64,000 bases of DNA from Desulfobacterales bacterium (GCA_024226555.1 JAAELO010000754.1:41222-105221); one strand, 5' to 3'. Positions 27,364-38,018 are shown, numbered from the stretch's first letter. Translations and numbers: made by a program. Notes: generated from the letters alone by a model not told the origin.

Positions 27364-28517
27364 AAAAATCATACAAAATAGCATTTATCACATCATTTGA
27401 CCCTGAAGATAGAAGAGCCTGGTCTGGTTCTATTCACTATATTGCTGAGTCTTTAAAAAAACATGTGGGAGAGATCGAAAATCTTGGACCTGTTCCGATT
27501 CCATTCGAAAGAATCAAAATGATGGTTTCTAAAAATATAAGAAGAATAACAGGAAAAATATCATATCCGGATAGATCTGTCGCAGCCTCTATGCATTATG
27601 CCAGAATTTTTGAAAGAAAACTTGAAAGAAAAAAATATGACTTTATTGTTGCTCCGGCTGCCAGTGTTGAGATAGCAAATATTGAGACCAGAGTTCCAAT
27701 TGTCTATATCTCAGATGCAACCTTTAATATTGTTAAAAATGATTATTCAATTTTTTCAACTCTATCAGAAAAAACACTTGAAGATCAGGAACGGCTTGAA
27801 AGACAATCGATAGAAAAATCTTCATTATGTGTTTACCCCTCTAAATGGGCTGCAAATTCTGCAATAGAAGACTATAAAGCTGATAAAAATAAAGTTAAGG
27901 TAATTCAATTCGGTGCTAATCTGGATTCAGTACCTGAAAAAGAGTTGGTAACAAATAAAAAGATTGATGATAAAATCAGAATGCTTTTTCTTGCTAAAGA
28001 GTGGGATAGAAAAGGAGGGCAAACTGCATTTGACACATTATTAGCACTCGAATCCATTGGTATAGAAGCAGAGCTGACAATTTTAGGTGTAACGCCACCA
28101 AAACATATAAAACACAGAAATTTAAAAGTGATTCACTATCTTAATAAAAACATTCAAAATGAGAGAACTAAATTTAATGAGATACTTCTTAAATCTCATT
28201 TACTTCTTTTACCAACAAAAACAGAGTGTTTTGGACTTGTTTTTTGTGAAGCCAATGCTTACGGTTTACCCGTGTTTACAAGGGGTGTGGGAGGTATTTC
28301 ATCAATTGTAAAAAATGGAATTAATGGTTTTTTGCATGGAAAAAATGAAAGTGGAACAGAATTTGCAAAATCTATATTTAACGCAACCAGAGATAAGCTT
28401 ATCTATTCAAATTTGAATAAAAATTCAAGGAAGCGTTTTGAAGAGAAATTAAACTGGGATTTTTTTGGAAAAGAACTTAAAAGAAATCTTGATAAATTAA
28501 CATATGGAGAGACATAA
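27360..28517 (+). CDS. glycosyltransferase family 4 (GT-B, retaining)
   Basis: The C-terminal domain carries the EX7E-type motif region (ECFGLVFCEANAYGLPVF). Confidence 0.75.
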   Translation: MKKSYKIAFITSFDPEDRRAWSGSIHYIAESLKKHVGEIENLGPVPIPFERIKMMVSKNIRRITGKISYPDRSVAASMHYARIFERKLERKKYDFIVAPAASVEIANIETRVPIVYISDATFNIVKNDYSIFSTLSEKTLEDQERLERQSIEKSSLCVYPSKWAANSAIEDYKADKNKVKVIQFGANLDSVPEKELVTNKKIDDKIRMLFLAKEWDRKGGQTAFDTLLALESIGIEAELTILGVTPPKHIKHRNLKVIHYLNKNIQNERTKFNEILLKSHLLLLPTKTECFGLVFCEANAYGLPVFTRGVGGISSIVKNGINGFLHGKNESGTEFAKSIFNATRDKLIYSNLNKNSRKRFEEKLNWDFFGKELKRNLDKLTYGET

Positions 28518-29370
28518 AATGAAATATAAAATAGGAATAGTAGGAGTTGGCTTTGTTGGTAGTGCAATTGCACATGGATTTGCACAGTTTGCTGATATCA
28601 AAATGTATGATAAATACAATGATTCTTATAACTCTCTTTATGAAGTAGTAAATGAGTCGGATATCATTTTTGTTTCAGTTCCAACCCCTATGCAGGAAGA
28701 TGGAACCCAGGACTTGTCTAATCTGGATGATGCAATTGAAAACATTGTTATAACGGCATATAAACCTAAAATTATTATTATAAAATCAACGGTGCTACCC
28801 GGAACAACAAAAAACTATGCATACAAATACGCAGATCACGACTTTGTCTTCAGTCCTGAATTTCTAACTGAAAGAACAGCAAAAATCGATTTTATAAATC
28901 CAACAAGTATTATTCTGGGAGGAATTCACAAGCATTCAGATTCCTTAAAGCTTGTCAGGAATCTTTTCCAGGAAAGATTCTCCGGTGCTAATGTTTTTGT
29001 AACCTGCAGTGATGCAGCAGAATTGGTTAAATATATTCTGAACTCATTTTTTGCAGTTAAAATCTCTTTCTTCAATGAAATTTATGATATGGCGAAATTT
29101 ATGGGTGTTGATTACGATGAAGTTAAAGCTATGGTACTCGCTGATTCCAGAATCGCAGACAGTCATTGTGATGTTCCCGGACACGATGGGGATAGAGGAT
29201 TTGGAGGAAAGTGTTTTCCAAAGGATGTTAATGCCCTCGTAACCTGGGCCGAGGATCAGGGACTTCATGCTGATATAGTTAAAATTACAGGTTTTGTTAA
29301 TGAAAGAATAAGGAAGTCAAAAGACTGGTTAAAAATTAAAGGTGCAACTTCTGTTAATAACTACCATTAG
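28504..29370 (+). CDS. nucleotide-sugar dehydrogenase family (UDP-glucose 6-dehydrogenase-like), apparently lacking the C-terminal UDP-binding domain
   Basis: The NAD-binding GxGxxG motif is IGIVGVGFVGS and the catalytic-Cys motif is GFGGKCFPKD. The ORF ends about 45 aa after the catalytic Cys. Confidence 0.6.
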   Translation: MERHKMKYKIGIVGVGFVGSAIAHGFAQFADIKMYDKYNDSYNSLYEVVNESDIIFVSVPTPMQEDGTQDLSNLDDAIENIVITAYKPKIIIIKSTVLPGTTKNYAYKYADHDFVFSPEFLTERTAKIDFINPTSIILGGIHKHSDSLKLVRNLFQERFSGANVFVTCSDAAELVKYILNSFFAVKISFFNEIYDMAKFMGVDYDEVKAMVLADSRIADSHCDVPGHDGDRGFGGKCFPKDVNALVTWAEDQGLHADIVKITGFVNERIRKSKDWLKIKGATSVNNYH

Positions 29371-29477
29371 GAATGGTTCTAAATTAAGCGTCTTATAAAA
29401 CATATTTACTATTAATCTATTTTCCTCTATACCGCTGAATCTGAAGACGCAATCAAATTTTATAACGAAAGAAAAAA

Positions 29478-30662
29478 ATGATTTTTTTAAATACTATAAA
29501 AATGATCACTATATCTGTATTAATCTTAATATTTCATGTTATATCCAACGCAACTCCCTTGCTTCAAAGGGGAACAGGAAATATTGAGATAACTGTTTTT
29601 TTTGAAACAGGCCATTCAAAACTTGGTGAAAACTCTTTTCAATATAAAAGATTAATCACTTTTCTGGATTCAATTTCGATCATAAGAAATGACAGGCAAA
29701 CATTTTTTTCTATAACAGGAAACGCTTCATTTACAGGCTCTATGAAATACAATGATAGATTATCATTAAAAAGAGCATTTTCAGTACAGAAAATGATTAA
29801 GAAATACCTTTTTTACTCCTCACCTGCTTTTAAAAAAATTGAAGGAAGAGGATATAAGGATAACTTAAATACAAGAAACCTTTCTGATCTATCTAAATTT
29901 CAAAACACTAGAATTATAGTATCTTTTGAAAGAGGTAAAACTGAACCAGATGAAATACTATCTTCATTCGATACAATTAAAAGATATGGAAAAAATTCAA
30001 TTGATATGACTTTTGTTTACATCAAATCAGGTGAATTTAGAATGGGAAGCTCCTTAAAAGATAGAGATGAAGATGAAGAGATTAAGAATATTAATATAAA
30101 AAACGATTTTTTCATTCAAAATACAGAGGTCACCCAAAAGCAATGGTCAAGAGTTATGGGGAAGAACCCTTCGTCATTTAGCAGGTGTGGCGAAAATTGT
30201 CCTGTTGAAAATATTACATGGGATGATGCCCATATTTTCATCAGAAAACTTAATGGATTAGAAAAAACAACAATATACTCTCTTCCATCGGAAGAACAAT
30301 GGGAATTCGCAATTAAGAGAAACAGTAAGAAAGACACAATCCAAATATTTGATAATCCGTACGATTTTGCATGGATCAATCTTAATTCGAAGGGAAAAAC
30401 TCATAGGGTTGCAACAAAGAAGCCTGAAGATAACGGACTCTATGATATGAGGGGCAATGTATGGGAGTGGTGTACAAATCAGTATTTGTTTGAAAGCCTG
30501 AATAGTGATTTTAACTACTACAAAGGAAAAAAATACAGAGTAATTCGTGGTGGAAACTGGAACAGTGATATTCCGGATATTCGTTCCTCAAACAGGTTGT
30601 TCGCTGATCAACGTAGAAGTAATGCAGGAATAGGCTTTAGAGTGGTTGCTCTTAAGAAATAG
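29478..30662 (+). CDS. OmpA-like domain fused to a formylglycine-generating-enzyme (FGE/SUMF1-type) domain
   Basis: It has a signal peptide. The OmpA_C-like region is FSITGNASFTGSMKYNDRLSLKRAFSVQKMI. The FGE-sulfatase signature follows: EFRMGSS...TWDDAHIFIRKLN...GLYDMRGNVWEWC...RVIRGGNWNS. Confidence 0.6.
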   Translation: MIFLNTIKMITISVLILIFHVISNATPLLQRGTGNIEITVFFETGHSKLGENSFQYKRLITFLDSISIIRNDRQTFFSITGNASFTGSMKYNDRLSLKRAFSVQKMIKKYLFYSSPAFKKIEGRGYKDNLNTRNLSDLSKFQNTRIIVSFERGKTEPDEILSSFDTIKRYGKNSIDMTFVYIKSGEFRMGSSLKDRDEDEEIKNINIKNDFFIQNTEVTQKQWSRVMGKNPSSFSRCGENCPVENITWDDAHIFIRKLNGLEKTTIYSLPSEEQWEFAIKRNSKKDTIQIFDNPYDFAWINLNSKGKTHRVATKKPEDNGLYDMRGNVWEWCTNQYLFESLNSDFNYYKGKKYRVIRGGNWNSDIPDIRSSNRLFADQRRSNAGIGFRVVALKK

Positions 30663-30665
30663 GAA

Positions 30666-32243
30666 GTGAGGTGTATGATGAATAAAAATAAATTGTTATC
30701 AGTAATTTCGAAAAATTCAACATATACAATTCTTTTCAATATCTGGTACTTAGGTTCAAAAGTTGCTATCGCTCCGTTTGTCCTTTCCTATGTTTCATTA
30801 AATGAGTATGGATTGTGGACATACTGTTTCATTATTTTAAGTTATCTTTCATTTACTGCTTTTGGTGTAAATACCACATACATTCGATATGCTGCCCTTT
30901 ACAGGGCAAAGAATGAGAATGACAAACTTAATCAGTTATTATCTACCGGTGTTTTTTCAATGATTATTATTTCATCCATAATTCTTATTATTCTCTACTT
31001 TGTTACTCCAGGATTGATTAACTTACTGGGGCTTGATGAAAAACTCAGGAAAACGTCTGAGATGATGGTTATGGGCACAGCTGTTATATTTGTTTTAAAT
31101 CTAAGTCTGGATGGTTTTAAATGTATACTTGAAGGAGAGCAAAGAATTGATATTGTGAAGAAGATTCAATTTTTAGCTTCTTTGGTTGAAATAATACTTA
31201 TTATAGTTTTTTTTAAAAATGGTTTTGGTATATTTTCACTCCTGTATGCATATGGAATCAGGTATATTTTAATAATATTGTCATGCGCTGTTATTTCATA
31301 TTATATCTTTCCTGAATTAAAAGTAAGCCTCTTTCAATATAGAATTTGTCAGCTTAAAAAATTTACATCTTATGGAAATAAAATGTCAGTTTTAAGTGTT
31401 ATTTCCATGATCATTAACTCTATGGATAGAATTATAATAACTAAATTTCTAAACCTTGAACTTACAGCTATTTATGAACTTGGAAGAAAATTTCCAAATA
31501 TTGGACTTATGCTTCCATCATCAATAGCTGGAACTCTCATACCATGTGTTTCTCATTTGGAGGGAAGTTCTCAAAAGGATCGAATTCGGGAAGTTTATCT
31601 CAAAGGAACGAGATATCTTATGATGTTTTCGGTTTTTCTTTACGGGTATCTTATTTTCTTTGGTGATGTGGTTATGAAGATATGGTTAGGTGAAGGCTTT
31701 GAAACACCTGCAACTGTAATGCAGATACTTGCCATAGCTGGTCTTGTAAATCTTTTAACAGGAGCAGGAACATCGTGTTTAAGAGGTATGGGAAAACCAT
31801 CCCTTGAAATAAAAAGCATGGTTATAAATCTGATATTAATATTGCTGACAGCTCCTTTCTTAATTTCATGGGGTTTAACAGGAATCGCAATATCTTATAT
31901 AACTGGTGAAATAATAAGTTCTCTGTATTTTATATATGTAATAAATAAAAAGTTTGAGATTAATATGGTAATATTTTTTGAAAATGTTTTAAAACCTTTG
32001 ATTCCGGTTCTCATATCTTTTATACCAATTAAGATAATAATCAGCTATATACTTGCCAACTGCATAGTTGGACAATTCTGGCTTTTTATTATTCTGGCAA
32101 TTACTTCTGTTTTCCATGTTGCTTCAGTTCTTGCATTATTTTATTTTTATAGAGAAATATTTTTTACAGAAGAAGAGAATGAAAAAATCCGGGAAATTGC
32201 CGTACATCTACTTCCTAACCATAAAACAGCAGAGTTTAAATAA
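30666..32243 (+). CDS. Wzx-type oligosaccharide flippase (MOP superfamily)
   Basis: 525 aa with about 12-14 TM helices. The position and topology match polysaccharide_biosynthesis (Wzx) proteins. Confidence 0.7.
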   Translation: MRCMMNKNKLLSVISKNSTYTILFNIWYLGSKVAIAPFVLSYVSLNEYGLWTYCFIILSYLSFTAFGVNTTYIRYAALYRAKNENDKLNQLLSTGVFSMIIISSIILIILYFVTPGLINLLGLDEKLRKTSEMMVMGTAVIFVLNLSLDGFKCILEGEQRIDIVKKIQFLASLVEIILIIVFFKNGFGIFSLLYAYGIRYILIILSCAVISYYIFPELKVSLFQYRICQLKKFTSYGNKMSVLSVISMIINSMDRIIITKFLNLELTAIYELGRKFPNIGLMLPSSIAGTLIPCVSHLEGSSQKDRIREVYLKGTRYLMMFSVFLYGYLIFFGDVVMKIWLGEGFETPATVMQILAIAGLVNLLTGAGTSCLRGMGKPSLEIKSMVINLILILLTAPFLISWGLTGIAISYITGEIISSLYFIYVINKKFEINMVIFFENVLKPLIPVLISFIPIKIIISYILANCIVGQFWLFIILAITSVFHVASVLALFYFYREIFFTEEENEKIREIAVHLLPNHKTAEFK

Positions 32244-32254
32244 AGGGTATTAAT

Positions 32255-32833
32255 ATGAGAATATTAATAAGAAATACAACAGGGATCTTTTTCCATTTTT
32301 TAGTAAAAACCATAGTGCCTGTTTATGAAAAAATAGCAAAAAATATACACAGAGCAGCCCTCATATCGAAGATTCAGGGATTCGATTTTTCTGTTCAGGC
32401 AGATGGAAAGGCTTATGTGAAAGGTAACATCAGTATCGGCAGTAAATCAAGAATAGGTAGAGATGTTGAACTTCAGACAGAGGATAGAGGGTCTATCAAT
32501 ATTGGTCAGGATGTAAGAATTAATACAGGTTGTACAATAGTTTCCTACAGAAAAATTCACATTGGAGATCATACTCTGATCGGTGAATATGTTTCCATAC
32601 GGGATGCGAATCATGGAACAGCGTGTGGTAATATTATTAAAACGCAACTACACACTTCAAAACCTGTAAATATCGGTAAAGATGTATGGATCGGCCGGGG
32701 AAGTTGCATTCTTCCCGGAGTTACAATTGGAGATGGTGCCGTGATTGGGGCAAACTCAGTGGTTACAAAAGATATTACAAGTTACTCTGTATCTGTTGGA
32801 AATCCAGCAGTAAAGATTCGTGAAAGGATATAA
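32255..32833 (+). CDS. hexapeptide-repeat acetyltransferase
   Basis: VNIGKDVWIGRGSCILPGVTIGDGAVIGANSVV matches the left-handed beta-helix acetyltransferase fold. Confidence 0.75.
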   Translation: MRILIRNTTGIFFHFLVKTIVPVYEKIAKNIHRAALISKIQGFDFSVQADGKAYVKGNISIGSKSRIGRDVELQTEDRGSINIGQDVRINTGCTIVSYRKIHIGDHTLIGEYVSIRDANHGTACGNIIKTQLHTSKPVNIGKDVWIGRGSCILPGVTIGDGAVIGANSVVTKDITSYSVSVGNPAVKIRERI

Positions 32834-32835
32834 AA

Positions 32836-34062
32836 ATGAGTAAGAATAAACGAAACATAGCATATATAGCACCAGAAATCCCGGCTCTTTCAGCAACATT
32901 TGTATATAATGAAATTGCATCAATGGAGGAACTTGGACATAAGGTTACCCCTCTGTCGGTTCATAAACCACAGGTAAAAGCATCCGATCCTGTTTCAAAG
33001 GAACTTGAAAAAAAGATGATCCGGATCTATGGAAGAGGTTTTCTCTTTTACCTTTTTTTTAACCTTACAGCCTTTATCAGAAACCCTTATCTATATCTTA
33101 AGGCTTTGCTTTACATGTTAAAAGATATTTCAAAATTAAAGATATCCAGGCTTTCAGCTGGTATCTTATACAGATTCATTGTTGCTTCATGGGTTTCAAC
33201 GATTCTGAGAAGGAAAAAGACAGACCATATCCATATACATTTTGCTCATGTCCCTTGTGATATTGGAATGTATGCATCTCTTCTTTCAGGGATACCTTTT
33301 AGTTTTACTTCTCACGCAAATGATATCTTTGAAAGAGGATGGCTGCTTAAACAAAAAGTAGACCGCTCAAAATTTGCAGTTACAATATCTGATCACAACA
33401 GAAAATATATTGAAAGAGTTTACTCCCCCACAAAAGAGATAGAGGTTCTGCATTGTGGTGTGAATACAGTGGAGATTAAAACAAAACCAAAAAACCCAAT
33501 TGGTAAGGTGTTGAAAATTGGTTCACTGGGACGATTTGTTGAAAAAAAAGGGTTTGATACTCTTGTTAAAACAGCACTTGAACTTAAAAAAAACGGGGTT
33601 GAATTCACAATGGAAATTGCTGGTGATGGCCCATATTATAAAGAAATATACATACTGATATCGAAACTTAAACTAACCTCCAACGTTTTTCTAACAGGAA
33701 AAATCTCACATAACAAAGTTGCAGATTTTCTAAGCAACCTTGATATTTTTATTCTTCCCTGCAAAAAAGATTCAAGAGGTGACATGGATGGAATTCCCGT
33801 TGTTTTAATGGAAGCTATGCTATGTGGTACACCAGTTATTTCAACCAATATTTCAGGGATCCCGGAGCTTATCAAAAATGGTAAAACAGGTATATGTATT
33901 TCCCCGGATTCCCCAGATGAAGCAGCGCAGGCAATATTAAAAATATCTTCAGACAATAAATTCAGAAATAACATTGTCAGGAACAGCCTTAAAAAAATAA
34001 AAAGCGATTTTAATCAAATGGCTAATACAAAAAGATTATCAAAACTTATAAACGACTTTTAA
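32836..34062 (+). CDS. glycosyltransferase family 4
   Basis: The GT-B C-terminal domain carries MEAMLCGTPVISTNISGIPELI. Confidence 0.8.
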   Translation: MSKNKRNIAYIAPEIPALSATFVYNEIASMEELGHKVTPLSVHKPQVKASDPVSKELEKKMIRIYGRGFLFYLFFNLTAFIRNPYLYLKALLYMLKDISKLKISRLSAGILYRFIVASWVSTILRRKKTDHIHIHFAHVPCDIGMYASLLSGIPFSFTSHANDIFERGWLLKQKVDRSKFAVTISDHNRKYIERVYSPTKEIEVLHCGVNTVEIKTKPKNPIGKVLKIGSLGRFVEKKGFDTLVKTALELKKNGVEFTMEIAGDGPYYKEIYILISKLKLTSNVFLTGKISHNKVADFLSNLDIFILPCKKDSRGDMDGIPVVLMEAMLCGTPVISTNISGIPELIKNGKTGICISPDSPDEAAQAILKISSDNKFRNNIVRNSLKKIKSDFNQMANTKRLSKLINDF

Positions 34063-34080
34063 CTGAACTACTTCGTTATT

Positions 34081-34165
34081 ACGAAAAAAGAACTGTTGTA
34101 AAATCACCCGTTATTTTTTCTAATGCCTTGTATTTCAATCAAAATTCAATTTATTAGAGGTTCCT
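34081..34165 (-). repeat. partial repeat in inverted orientation inside the EPS locus
   Basis: acgaaaaaagaactgttgtaaaatcacccgttattttttctaatgccttgtatttcaatcaaaattcaatttattagaggttcc. Confidence 0.7.
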
Positions 34166-34181
34166 TAGGAGTGTAAGCAAA

Positions 34182-35060
34182 ATGAAGAATAAATATATAA
34201 TAATATCCCCTGTGAGAAATGAAGAGAAATATATTGAGGCAACTATACAGAGTGTTTTGAATCAAACAATACTACCTGATTTATACATTATTGTTGATGA
34301 CGGTTCCACAGACAGAACGAGAGAGATTGTTGAAAAATACTCAAAAAATTTCAGTTTTATTAAATATGTGCATAAAAAAAACAGAGGGTTTCGAAAAGTA
34401 GGTGGTGGTGTTGTTGAATCCTTTTACCACGGCTTCAATACACTTGCTACAGACTATGATTATATCTGCAAAATGGATGGTGACCTGACTATTGGACCAA
34501 AGTATTTTCAAACACTTCTAGAAAAATTTGACAAGGACCCAAAGCTTGGATCTGCAAGTGGAAAACTGTTTTTAGATGTGGATGGAAAACTCGTTGAAGA
34601 AAGAATTACAGATGAAAGTGTTTTAGGTGGAGTTCTTTGTTTAAGAAAAGAATGCTTTCTAAAAATTAAAGGCTTTGTCAATGAAGTTATGTGGGATGGA
34701 ATTGCTTTTCACAGGTGCAGAATGGAAGGTTATCGCACCAGAAGTTTCAGGGATAAAGAGATGATAATAACAGATCACAGAATCATGGGGTCATCAGATA
34801 AAAGCATATATCATGGAAGAATCAGATGGGGTTGGGGACAATATTTTATGGGAACCCATCCACTTTATATTATAGCTCTTGGCATATACAGAATGTTTGA
34901 AAGGCCTTTTCTTACAGGCGGACTTTTAATTATCACTGGATATTTAAAAGGATTTTTAAAATTAGATACAAGATACAACTATCCCGGTTTTAGGAAATCT
35001 CTTCACTCATGGCAGTTAGAGAGGTTAAAATTAGGTAGAAGAGTGGAAATTATTAACTGA
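34182..35060 (+). CDS. glycosyltransferase family 2
   Basis: The N-terminal GT-A domain has IISPVRNEEKYIEATIQSVLNQT and DDGSTD (DxD). Confidence 0.8.
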   Translation: MKNKYIIISPVRNEEKYIEATIQSVLNQTILPDLYIIVDDGSTDRTREIVEKYSKNFSFIKYVHKKNRGFRKVGGGVVESFYHGFNTLATDYDYICKMDGDLTIGPKYFQTLLEKFDKDPKLGSASGKLFLDVDGKLVEERITDESVLGGVLCLRKECFLKIKGFVNEVMWDGIAFHRCRMEGYRTRSFRDKEMIITDHRIMGSSDKSIYHGRIRWGWGQYFMGTHPLYIIALGIYRMFERPFLTGGLLIITGYLKGFLKLDTRYNYPGFRKSLHSWQLERLKLGRRVEIIN

Positions 35061-35074
35061 GATAAGGGTTCATA

Positions 35075-35362
35075 ATGAGAAATATAACTACCAGAAATAC
35101 AGTTATGAGGAAAAGTAAATACATATCTGTTTTTGATTTTGCTCTTCCTTTATCCGTCGTAAAAGAGAAGTATACTGTAAAACTAATAATTGAGAAGCGT
35201 ATCAAAAATGATGGTAATGACAGACTTAATTTTTTTGATAAAATCATACTATCTATTATTGTGATTGCAACAGGAACTCTCTTAACATCGGGTTTTCTCT
35301 TTCTTTTTTATATAATCAAAAGCCTTCTTGGATTTGATTTTTTTGATTCACATATCTTGTAG
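35075..35362 (+). CDS. small hypothetical membrane protein
   Basis: 95 aa with one C-terminal hydrophobic helix. It lies in an operon gap between two GT2 genes, and its coding status is uncertain. Confidence 0.3.
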   Translation: MRNITTRNTVMRKSKYISVFDFALPLSVVKEKYTVKLIIEKRIKNDGNDRLNFFDKIILSIIVIATGTLLTSGFLFLFYIIKSLLGFDFFDSHIL

Positions 35363-35376
35363 AACAGGAGTATATC

Positions 35377-36357
35377 ATGACTGATATATCAATAGTAATT
35401 GTTTCATATAACACAAGAGACACCACAAGAGAATGTCTCAAACGGGTAAATAATTGCCTTACTGAAATGAAAACAGAAGTAATAGTTGTTGATAACTATT
35501 CTACTGATGGGTCGGTTGAGATGATTAAAAATCAGTTTAAATTTGTAAACCTGATAGAACTCAAAGAAAACAAGGGTTTTGCGGCTGGAAACAGTCCGGG
35601 AATGAAGATCGCAAAAGGAAGGTATATACTACTTTTAAATCCAGATGTTTACATTGATAAAGGAATTTTAACAAAAACTGTAGATTATATGGATTCTAAC
35701 CAGAATACAGGTATTCTTGGATGCAAATTAACTGATATGTACGGTAAAATGCAACCATCTGCAAGAATGCAACCGGGAATTTTTAATAAAATACTTCACA
35801 TAACAGGACTTTCTGCAAAATTTCCAGAATCCAGATTCTTCGGCAGACTGGATTATACATGGTGGGACCATAACTCCCCTAAAAATGTTGGATGGGTCGT
35901 GGGAGCTTTTTTTATGATCCGAAGGGAAACGATGATCGACCTTGGATATCTGGATCACAGATATTTCCTCTATTATGAAGAGATAGATTATTGTTTAAGT
36001 GCCCATAAAAAAGGATGGAATGTAATCTTTTTTCCAAATGCCAGTGTTATACATCTCGGTGGAATCAGTAGTAAAAAAAGTGGTGCCAGAGTTTCCCAAA
36101 AAGGGAATCAAATGGTTAAAGTGAAGATTAAAAGTGAATTAAGATTTTATCGTAAATGGCACAATGCTTTATATGTCCTTTTGATATCCGGTGTTGAAAT
36201 ACTTTGGAATGTTGCTGTTTATTTTAAAAATTCAATAAAAAAATCTGAAACAGGAAGGCTTAAACAGGAAAATGCCAGTTATATGATAAGGTCGCTGATT
36301 GGGACACTATTGCAGGATAATTTTGGTAGAGGGACTAAACCATGTTTAAAAATATAA
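35377..36357 (+). CDS. glycosyltransferase family 2
   Basis: ISIVIVSYNTRD...VVDNYSTDGS is a GT-A DXD-type domain. Confidence 0.8.
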   Translation: MTDISIVIVSYNTRDTTRECLKRVNNCLTEMKTEVIVVDNYSTDGSVEMIKNQFKFVNLIELKENKGFAAGNSPGMKIAKGRYILLLNPDVYIDKGILTKTVDYMDSNQNTGILGCKLTDMYGKMQPSARMQPGIFNKILHITGLSAKFPESRFFGRLDYTWWDHNSPKNVGWVVGAFFMIRRETMIDLGYLDHRYFLYYEEIDYCLSAHKKGWNVIFFPNASVIHLGGISSKKSGARVSQKGNQMVKVKIKSELRFYRKWHNALYVLLISGVEILWNVAVYFKNSIKKSETGRLKQENASYMIRSLIGTLLQDNFGRGTKPCLKI

Positions 36358-36854
36358 GAGAAGATCTTAAAACATATAACGGAAATTACGGAGCCCAGGG
36401 ATTTTGGGCTATGATTGTATTCCGGTTTGGTAAATGGAGATACAGTATAAAGAATACAATCATAAGAAAAATATTTTCACTGCTTTATAAAATTATGTAC
36501 AAGTTCGTTCAGATTCTAACTGGAATTGAACTCCCCTGTGAGGTGAATATCGGTGACAACTTCAGGATAGATCATTTTGGTTCTGTGATTATAAGTGGAT
36601 TTGCTTCATTTGGAGATAACTGTACATTAAGAAATAATGTAACAATTGGATTGAAAAACCTGAATGACCCAGGGGCACCAGATATTGGAAACAATGTGGA
36701 TGTGGGCTCTGGTGCAATGATTCTTGGAAACATAACAATTGGAAATAATGTTAATATTGGTGCGAATGCTGTAGTGATGAAAGATATTCCTGATAATTGC
36801 ATAGCTGTTGGTATACCCGCTGAAATAAAAAGAATAGAGGAGAAGTTGAGATGA
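36342..36854 (+). CDS. serine-acetyltransferase-like hexapeptide acyltransferase
   Basis: CEVNIGDNFRIDHFGSVIIS...IGNNVDVGSGAMILGNITIGNNVNIGANAVV is CysE/NodL-like. Confidence 0.7.
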   Translation: MFKNIREDLKTYNGNYGAQGFWAMIVFRFGKWRYSIKNTIIRKIFSLLYKIMYKFVQILTGIELPCEVNIGDNFRIDHFGSVIISGFASFGDNCTLRNNVTIGLKNLNDPGAPDIGNNVDVGSGAMILGNITIGNNVNIGANAVVMKDIPDNCIAVGIPAEIKRIEEKLR

Positions 36855-37834
36855 AAAATCAACCTGAAATTGGAGTAGTAATCATTGGAATTAATGTGGA
36901 AAAATATATTAAAGACTGTATAAACTCAGTTCTGGCTTCAAACTATGACAACTCTCTTTTAAAAATAGTATATGTTGATGGAGGCTCTAAGGACAAGAGT
37001 GTTGAGATAGCAAAAAGCTTCAAAAAAGTTCATGCAATAGAGTTAAACGATAAACATCCAACCCCGGGAAAAGGTAGAAATCACGGATGGAAACATCTTG
37101 TAACCCCTTATGTCCAGTTCCTTGATGCCGATACTATATTAAACAGAAACTGGTTCAAAAAAGCACTGTCACACTTTGATGAAAATATATCTGCTGTGTG
37201 CGGAAACAGAAGTGAAATATTTCCTGAAAAAAACATTTATCACGTTTTTACTGATTTGGAATGGGATTATGAAAAAGGTTTTTGCAGATACTTTGGAGGA
37301 GATGTTCTTTTGAAAAGAGAAGTTCTGGAAGAAACAGGCGGGTTTGATGATGATCTTGTTGCAGGGGAAGATCCTGAATTAAGTTACAGAATACGTATGA
37401 ATGGCTGGAAAATACTAAGGATCGATGAAGATATGACCTTGCATGACATCAATATGAAAACTATTGGAAGCTATTTTAAACGTTCATACAGGAGCGGATA
37501 CGCCTACGCTGAAATTGGAACCAGATTTATGTTCAGGGAGGATAAAATGTGGCTTAAAGAACTTCTGAGAATTTCACTCAGATCTTTGATTCCTCTTTTG
37601 TTAATTACTCTGGGGATAGCTGCAGGAAATATCTTATCAGGAGCTCTGGCAGCTTCTCTTGTTTTGTTTAGACCATTTCTTGGAATAAAAACATTTAATG
37701 GGAAATCTCTGAAAAACAGTTATAGAAATTTATATATGTTTCATTCATCAATGGTTATATTTCCACAATTCACAGGAATTTTAAGATATCTCTTTGGAGT
37801 TATTACAGGTAAACCCTTGAGAAATAATGCATAA
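36851..37834 (+). CDS. glycosyltransferase family 2 with C-terminal TM region
   Basis: IGVVIIGINVEKYIKDC...YVDGGSKD...FLDADT has a DXD motif, followed by C-terminal hydrophobic helices. Confidence 0.75.
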   Translation: MKNQPEIGVVIIGINVEKYIKDCINSVLASNYDNSLLKIVYVDGGSKDKSVEIAKSFKKVHAIELNDKHPTPGKGRNHGWKHLVTPYVQFLDADTILNRNWFKKALSHFDENISAVCGNRSEIFPEKNIYHVFTDLEWDYEKGFCRYFGGDVLLKREVLEETGGFDDDLVAGEDPELSYRIRMNGWKILRIDEDMTLHDINMKTIGSYFKRSYRSGYAYAEIGTRFMFREDKMWLKELLRISLRSLIPLLLITLGIAAGNILSGALAASLVLFRPFLGIKTFNGKSLKNSYRNLYMFHSSMVIFPQFTGILRYLFGVITGKPLRNNA

Positions 37835-38018
37835 ATTGAAAAGATAAAGATCTATTGTAAATAGGCCATGTTTCCATGGCCTTTGTTCTTCCCATAAACT
37901 ATATTGTAAATTTTCCTACCATCTCATTTATGTTTTTGGCAATCACAAGCAGGTCCCCTGCACTTGAATTTACCTGAACACAAATAGATATACTACGTAT
38001 GGTCTTTATCATTATTAT

